Assembly (NCBI GenBank): GCA_029261895.1
Contig: JAJDAK010000013.1
Coordinates: forward strand, 8,183-72,182
Direction of reading: 5' to 3'
DNA length: 64,000 nucleotides
Origin: Deltaproteobacteria bacterium
GTDB taxonomy: Bacteria; Myxococcota_A; UBA9160; SZUA-336
Under the pieces are notes generated by a model. It was not told the origin of the DNA, searched no databases, and saw nothing but the letters and a program-made list of their open reading frames with translations. Positions 59,225 through 64,000 of this stretch are shown in pieces. The first letter of the stretch is position 1. Each line of letters opens with the position of its first letter. The translations under genes were made by a program, and so were the position numbers.

Positions 59225-61879
59225 TCAGTGGGCCTCCCTCCAATTGGAGCCGATCCCGAGGTGAACCTCCAGCGGAACGCTCAGCGTTGCGACGGAATTC
59301 ATGCGGAATTCCACCAGGTTAGAGAGTTCATCCGCGTCTTGAGGCAGAACCTCAAAGAGCAATTCATCGTGTACCTGGAGAATCATTCGTGCATCCAGGG
59401 CATTTGGGGCCAGTAGATCGGCATCGATCTGAACCATAGCGCGCTTGATCAGGTCCGCGGCTGTGCCCTGGATCACGGCATTGGTCGCCATGCGTTCAGC
59501 AGCCGCTCGAATCACACGATTCTTAGAGTTCAGATCGGGCAGATAACGCCGGCGGCCGTATAGCGTCTCCGCGTAACCCTGCTCACGAGCCTGCGCGATC
59601 GTACGATCCAGAAACCCCCGCACGCCGGGATAGCGCGCAAAGTAGCTATCGATATGCTTCTTGGCCTCGCTCTGCGCGATACCCAGCTGCTTCGCGATGC
59701 CGAATGCGGACGAGCCGTAGAGAATGCCGAAGTTGATGGCCTTGGTCTGATCGCGCTGCTCAGCACTGACGTCTTCGACGGCGACGTCGAAGACTTGCGA
59801 CGCCGTTCGAACATGAATGTCCTGTCCCGTTTGAAATGCTTCGACTAACTCGGCGTCCTCAGAACAATGCGCCAGGATCCGCAATTCGATCTGACTATAG
59901 TCAGCCGAAAGTAGCTGGCGGCCCTCCGCGGGGATGAACGCTTCACGGATGCGCTGGCCTGCCGGCGTTCGGATCGGAATATTTTGCAGATTCGGATTCG
60001 AAGCCGAGAGTCGACCGGTTGATGCGACGGTCTGATTGAAATGGCAGTGGATGCGTCCGGTTTCAGGGTTTACGAGCTTGGGTAAAGCATCCACGTAGGT
60101 ACTTTTGAGTTTCGTGAGTTTTCGGAACTGGATAATTTCGCGCGGCAAATCAAATTCGATCGCGAGTTCTTCCAGCACCGATTCGTCCGTCGAAAATCCG
60201 GTCTTGGTTTTCTTGATCGGCGGCAGCGCGAGCTTTTCAAAGAGAATCTGTTGCAATTGCTTGGGCGAGTTGATGTTAAACTCTTCACCCGCGAGTTCGT
60301 AGATACGCCGTTGTAACTCGCCCGATTGTGTTTCGAGCTCATCGGAGAGCGCCGCAAGCAGCGGCTCATCGATACGCACACCGGCCTGTTCCATACGCGA
60401 TAACACACCAACGAGCGGTACCTCGATTTCGCGATACAGCTCCGTCTCGCGATCGTTCTCCAATCGTTCGCTGAGCTTGGGCAGCAATGCGAACGCGGCC
60501 GTGGTCCGCTGCGCAAAGAACTCTCCCAGTGCATCTGCATCGACTTCCGTAAAAGGAATGCGTTTCGCTCCCTTGCCGATGAGATCCTCCAACGCGGATA
60601 TCTCGCGCTCGAGATACGTCGTTACCAGAACTTCGGGCCGCTGCACCTGCTGGGACGAATCCGCCAGATAGGCACCAACCGTCGTATCCATCAGCAGCCC
60701 CTCGAAGCTGTGCCCTCGACGCGAAATCGCGATCGAAGCCGCTTTCAAATTAAATCCCGTCCACGTGAGATCTTTTCGATTTAATAGTGGCCCCAACGCT
60801 TCGAGCGTGTCGTCTACCCCGATCGCAGCCGCATCCAGATAAACGGCTGTGTTCTCAGCCACCGATAAACAGATACCGATCAACGCACCACTCATAGGTT
60901 CTTCAGGCTCCAGCACGACTTCGATCGCAATGCGATCCAGTTCTCCGGCACCGGGAAGCTGCGCGTTAAGTTCCGCTAACGAACGGCAGACCTGAACCGC
61001 CAACTTGGTTGTGGGCGCTTTCGGTGCCGAGTCTGGGTCGACTTCATCCAAGAGACGGCGAAAACCGAACTCTTTGAATAATTCTGTAAGCTTCACCTTA
61101 TCCGGTTCGGGCAGTGCGAAACGCCGCTGATCAAAGTCTACCGGGAGGTCATCCCGCAGGCGCGACAGTTCCCGCGAGAGCCTGGCATCGTCGGCGCCAG
61201 CGATGATTTTTTCACGCTGACCTTTCGCCTTGATCTCCGACGCAGCACCAAGCAATGCATCCAGCGAACCATATTCTCCGATGAGTTTAGCGGCGCCTTT
61301 GTCGCCGATTCCCGTAACACCCGGGATGTTGTCGGACTTATCCCCGACGAGTGATCGGAAATCTAGCATTTGCGCCGGTGTCACTCCGAAGCGTGCCTCG
61401 ACGTCCGCGGGAGCGTAGCGCCGGTCACGAACCGTATCGAGTAAGCAAACACGGTCGCTCACGAGTTGCATCAGGTCTTTGTCGGTCGAAATAATCACGA
61501 CATCGATACCGGCGGCTTCGCCTTGGCGAGCCAAGGTTGCGATCACATCGTCGGCTTCTTCGCCTTCGTGTTCTAACGACGCCCAGCCGAAGGCTTCGAC
61601 GATGCGACGAATATTCGGAAACTGCGCGCGGAGATCCTCTGGCATCGTCTCACGATTGGCTTTGTAATCGGCGAAGAGTTCCTTCCGTCGTTTCGGCCGG
61701 CTGTCCCAAACGACACCCACATAGGTCGGTGTCTCATCGCGCAGCACTTTCTGCAACATCGTGGTGAAACCGAGTGTTGCGTTGGTTGGCACGCCCGCGG
61801 CGTTCGCCATTGGAGGGAGCGCGAAAAATGCGCGGTAGATGCTCGAGCTGGCATCGATGAGGACGAGTTTCTCAGCCAT
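59225..61879 (-). CDS. polA: DNA polymerase I
   Basis: The track ORF (TTG at 61903) is trimmed to the ATG at 61879 (MAEKLVLIDASSSIYRAFFALP). It has a 5'-3' exonuclease domain, a 3'-5' exonuclease-like domain, and polymerase motifs A (LLSADYSQIELRILAH), B (RDQTKAINFGILYG) and C (LQVHDELLFE). Confidence 0.92.
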   Translation of the reverse strand: MAEKLVLIDASSSIYRAFFALPPMANAAGVPTNATLGFTTMLQKVLRDETPTYVGVVWDSRPKRRKELFADYKANRETMPEDLRAQFPNIRRIVEAFGWASLEHEGEEADDVIATLARQGEAAGIDVVIISTDKDLMQLVSDRVCLLDTVRDRRYAPADVEARFGVTPAQMLDFRSLVGDKSDNIPGVTGIGDKGAAKLIGEYGSLDALLGAASEIKAKGQREKIIAGADDARLSRELSRLRDDLPVDFDQRRFALPEPDKVKLTELFKEFGFRRLLDEVDPDSAPKAPTTKLAVQVCRSLAELNAQLPGAGELDRIAIEVVLEPEEPMSGALIGICLSVAENTAVYLDAAAIGVDDTLEALGPLLNRKDLTWTGFNLKAASIAISRRGHSFEGLLMDTTVGAYLADSSQQVQRPEVLVTTYLEREISALEDLIGKGAKRIPFTEVDADALGEFFAQRTTAAFALLPKLSERLENDRETELYREIEVPLVGVLSRMEQAGVRIDEPLLAALSDELETQSGELQRRIYELAGEEFNINSPKQLQQILFEKLALPPIKKTKTGFSTDESVLEELAIEFDLPREIIQFRKLTKLKSTYVDALPKLVNPETGRIHCHFNQTVASTGRLSASNPNLQNIPIRTPAGQRIREAFIPAEGRQLLSADYSQIELRILAHCSEDAELVEAFQTGQDIHVRTASQVFDVAVEDVSAEQRDQTKAINFGILYGSSAFGIAKQLGIAQSEAKKHIDSYFARYPGVRGFLDRTIAQAREQGYAETLYGRRRYLPDLNSKNRVIRAAAERMATNAVIQGTAADLIKRAMVQIDADLLAPNALDARMILQVHDELLFEVLPQDADELSNLVEFRMNSVATLSVPLEVHLGIGSNWREAH

Positions 61880-61899
61880 GTTCAGGGTGTACCACGGAC

Positions 61900-63012
61900 T
61901 CAACGATCACTGAAGCGCTCAATCAATACAGGGTCTGCGCGCATGGCATCCAGGTCGCTGGGTGTCTTCACCGGCAAAAACCGACCCCCGGGGCCATCAC
62001 GGGGCGTGGCGAGATACGCGGTCGCAGCGCATGCGCTGAGTTCACCGACAAGGCGTTCCATCTGCACCGCTTTTCTACCTTCGACGGTCTTTTCTACGTA
62101 GAACCAAGTCAGTGAGGGGGATGACTCCAACGCTTCGAGCGAGATCATGAACGTGTTGGTATTCATGAACGGTACGCTGTCGAAATTGAAGTCCTTCGGG
62201 AAGCGAAACCCTTCAACGACCTGAAGTTTTCCGTCTACGCGTGCGGGCGCTCCCCCGATGTCACCTTTGCGCGTTTTGGCAACTTCAACCGTCAGCGCTT
62301 TGCCATGTTCGAGGTGATAGCCCACGATCAATGGATCGAGTTCCGCTCCGAGGTTATCGACGTTCGAAAGCATCAGGGCGACAACGCCACGTTCACGCAA
62401 CTGCTGCAGACGCCCCGAACTCGCGAGTACCTCGCAGAAATCACCGTGTCCGGGCGCATAGAGAGAAAGTCGATTGTCGTCCTGACGAAAAGGCAGGCCT
62501 TCAGGGGTCAAACGCACGGATGCAGCTTGAAGAAAAGGCATCACATCGTTCGCAAGGCCTTTCTCTTCGATGAAACGCAACGTGGGGTGATGCGTTGCGA
62601 AACTGTTCATGGTCAGGAACGGCACCTCGCCATAGCGGCGCACATCCGCAAGCTTGAGTTCGAGAAAGGAACGTCCGCCGAGTGCTTCGACCACGCCCTT
62701 CACCACGCCACCAAAACGGGTCGCCATGCCGCCATTCAACACCACGGAAGCCACTTGGCCGGCTTCCAACGCCGCGCGACCGCGCGCGATAAATCGTTCT
62801 CGCTCGGCAGCCGAAAACGCTTCGGCATCCTGCACGGTATCGAGGCCCGCGGGTTCGGGGATGGTATCGAGCTGATTGATCTGGGGACCGAGCTCGCCGC
62901 TCGCAATGCCCTCGGCGAAGCGCTGGATTCGGGCGACGTCGACACGTACCTCATCCAGCCCGTGCAGCATCTGCCGAACTTCATCCGCGATTCCTGGCCA
63001 GTCGACCGCCAT
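61900..63012 (-). CDS. UDPGP-family (eukaryotic-type) UTP--sugar-1-phosphate uridylyltransferase
   Basis: 370 aa. VVLNGGMATRFGG and LYAPGHGDF match the LNGGLGTxMG and PPGHGD motifs of UDP-glucose/UDP-sugar pyrophosphorylases. It is not GalU-like. It ends 20 nt upstream of the polA ATG. Confidence 0.7.
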   Translation of the reverse strand: MAVDWPGIADEVRQMLHGLDEVRVDVARIQRFAEGIASGELGPQINQLDTIPEPAGLDTVQDAEAFSAAERERFIARGRAALEAGQVASVVLNGGMATRFGGVVKGVVEALGGRSFLELKLADVRRYGEVPFLTMNSFATHHPTLRFIEEKGLANDVMPFLQAASVRLTPEGLPFRQDDNRLSLYAPGHGDFCEVLASSGRLQQLRERGVVALMLSNVDNLGAELDPLIVGYHLEHGKALTVEVAKTRKGDIGGAPARVDGKLQVVEGFRFPKDFNFDSVPFMNTNTFMISLEALESSPSLTWFYVEKTVEGRKAVQMERLVGELSACAATAYLATPRDGPGGRFLPVKTPSDLDAMRADPVLIERFSDR

Positions 63013-63081
63013 CCACGCCTCCCCGCGCCGGGAGTCTGACTCCCCTTGCGACGGACCTCAACCTCGCGTCAAAATCAGGGC

Positions 63082-63348
63082 ATGCCAAAACCTGCACCGA
63101 TGCCCCATGCGAGGGCACGCTTCATGCCGCGTGCCACGATTTTTCTGCTGATCGCGTTCGTGCTCTTCATCGCGATCTCGATGCTCTACGTGCTGCCCAC
63201 CCTACTCGAACCGCCACCCCCGGGTGCGATCGCCGACTACACACGCGAACGCGTAATCGCACGCATGGAAGGCAAGGTGATGATTTTTGCCACGATTGCG
63301 GTCGTAGTCTCGGGTGCCTTCGCGGCTTGGCGAAACCGCACGTCGTAG
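63082..63348 (+). CDS. small membrane protein (2 TM), hypothetical
   Basis: The track ORF 63046 is trimmed to the Met at 63082 (start uncertain). It has TM segments ATIFLLIAFVLFIAISMLYVL and VMIFATIAVVVSGAFAAW. Confidence 0.4.
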   Translation: MPKPAPMPHARARFMPRATIFLLIAFVLFIAISMLYVLPTLLEPPPPGAIADYTRERVIARMEGKVMIFATIAVVVSGAFAAWRNRTS

Positions 63349-63398
63349 TCGACCCGCTGCACCGAATCAGTACGATTGAGCGCTAAGCCACTCAGACG

Positions 63399-63644
63399 TT
63401 AGGCGTTCGCCACGGCCTTGTTCTCTAAGTAGGTCACGATATCGCCAATGGTCCGGATACCTTCGACATCTTCGTCGGGAACTTCGATGCCGAATTCCTC
63501 TTCAAGCGCCATCACCAACTCGACGACGTCCAATGAATCCGCGCCCAGGTCATCCAGTAGATTGGCCTCGGGCACCAGCGTGGTTTTTTCCACGCCGAGC
63601 TGATCAATGATGATCGCGTTGACTTTGTCGTTTAGCGCTTCCAT
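63399..63644 (-). CDS. acpP: acyl carrier protein
   Basis: 81 aa with the phosphopantetheine attachment motif [21 protein letters not shown]. No fab genes are adjacent in the window. Confidence 0.85.
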   Translation of the reverse strand: MEALNDKVNAIIIDQLGVEKTTLVPEANLLDDLGADSLDVVELVMALEEEFGIEVPDEDVEGIRTIGDIVTYLENKAVANA

Positions 63645-63717
63645 GAAGTTCCCCCGAAGGAATGACTCTGAGTCATGAGCTGAGTTATCCGGAATCTACG
63701 GCTATTTGCGCCGTCGG

Positions 63718-64000
63718 TCAACCGCTCTTGCGAAGGCCGCGGAGCAGTAACTCAATGTTGTCGTTGAACACTCGTTGGAGATCGCGACCTCGAAGCTCTC
63801 GCAACTCCGGATATTCATCGGTTTGGATCAGGCCGTTGGCCATCACCCAGAAAATATTCGCGGTTTCCCAGGGATCACAAGCCACAAAATCACCGGCCTC
63901 GCTGCCTCGCTCGATTTGATCCGCGAGGATTTGCAGGCACTGTTGCCAAACACCGATCACCGACCTGACCTGATCAGCCGGCAAACCGCCGATGAGTCGC
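63718..64000 (-). CDS. TetR-family regulator, C-terminal part (5' end outside window)
   Basis: The open frame continues to the window edge. The helical ligand-binding-domain-like sequence (WETANIFWVMANGLIQ...) resembles a TetR_C domain, and the N-terminal HTH is not visible. Low certainty. Confidence 0.45.
   Translation of the reverse strand, partial: RLIGGLPADQVRSVIGVWQQCLQILADQIERGSEAGDFVACDPWETANIFWVMANGLIQTDEYPELRELRGRDLQRVFNDNIELLLRGLRKSG

Overview
64-kb chromosomal window from a moderately high-GC Gram-negative bacterium; the envelope type is inferred from an OmpA-domain lipoprotein, a TonB-dependent receptor and a PEP-CTERM protein. The Cys-rich CDGxDNDCDG repeats, F420-type enzymes and many lipid and xenobiotic genes suggest a Myxococcota-, Binatota- or deltaproteobacteria-like lineage, but that is inference only. 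I call about 54 protein-coding genes, tightly packed, with many 4-nt overlaps. I saw no rRNA, tRNA, CRISPR array, transposase or integrase. Most of the window is ordinary metabolism and housekeeping: crotonase, P450, several SDRs, nitronate monooxygenase, acyl-CoA synthetase, clpS-clpA, polA, acpP, two MATE pumps, TetR regulators and an ECF sigma/anti-sigma pair. The outstanding region is 12.2-33.5 kb. It holds two translationally coupled giant genes (2,184 aa and 2,965 aa; 24% of the window) encoding signal-peptide proteins. The first carries adhesin-type N-terminal modules plus about 1,240 aa I cannot assign, including an Ala/Gly-zipper hydrophobic segment and a long charged helical region. 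The second ends in a 1,490-aa array of five glycine-rich beta-solenoid-like modules arranged in a 623-aa super-repeat. Neither has a recognisable Gram-negative export or anchoring device. The pair is flanked by a divergent PEP-CTERM gene, an HsbA/HsbR-like partner-switching module joined to a TonB-dependent receptor, and a single-domain PilZ gene. Together these read as a candidate, uncharacterised surface-fibre/adhesion island. Secondary items: an unfused MFE-2/SCPx-like beta-oxidation operon with twin intercistronic hairpins, a YbjQ-YbjQ-M48 cassette, a MATE gene whose conserved TM1 lies upstream of any canonical start codon, and an identical 14-mer directly upstream of two unrelated start codons. 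All family calls come from reading motifs by eye; no database search was run.
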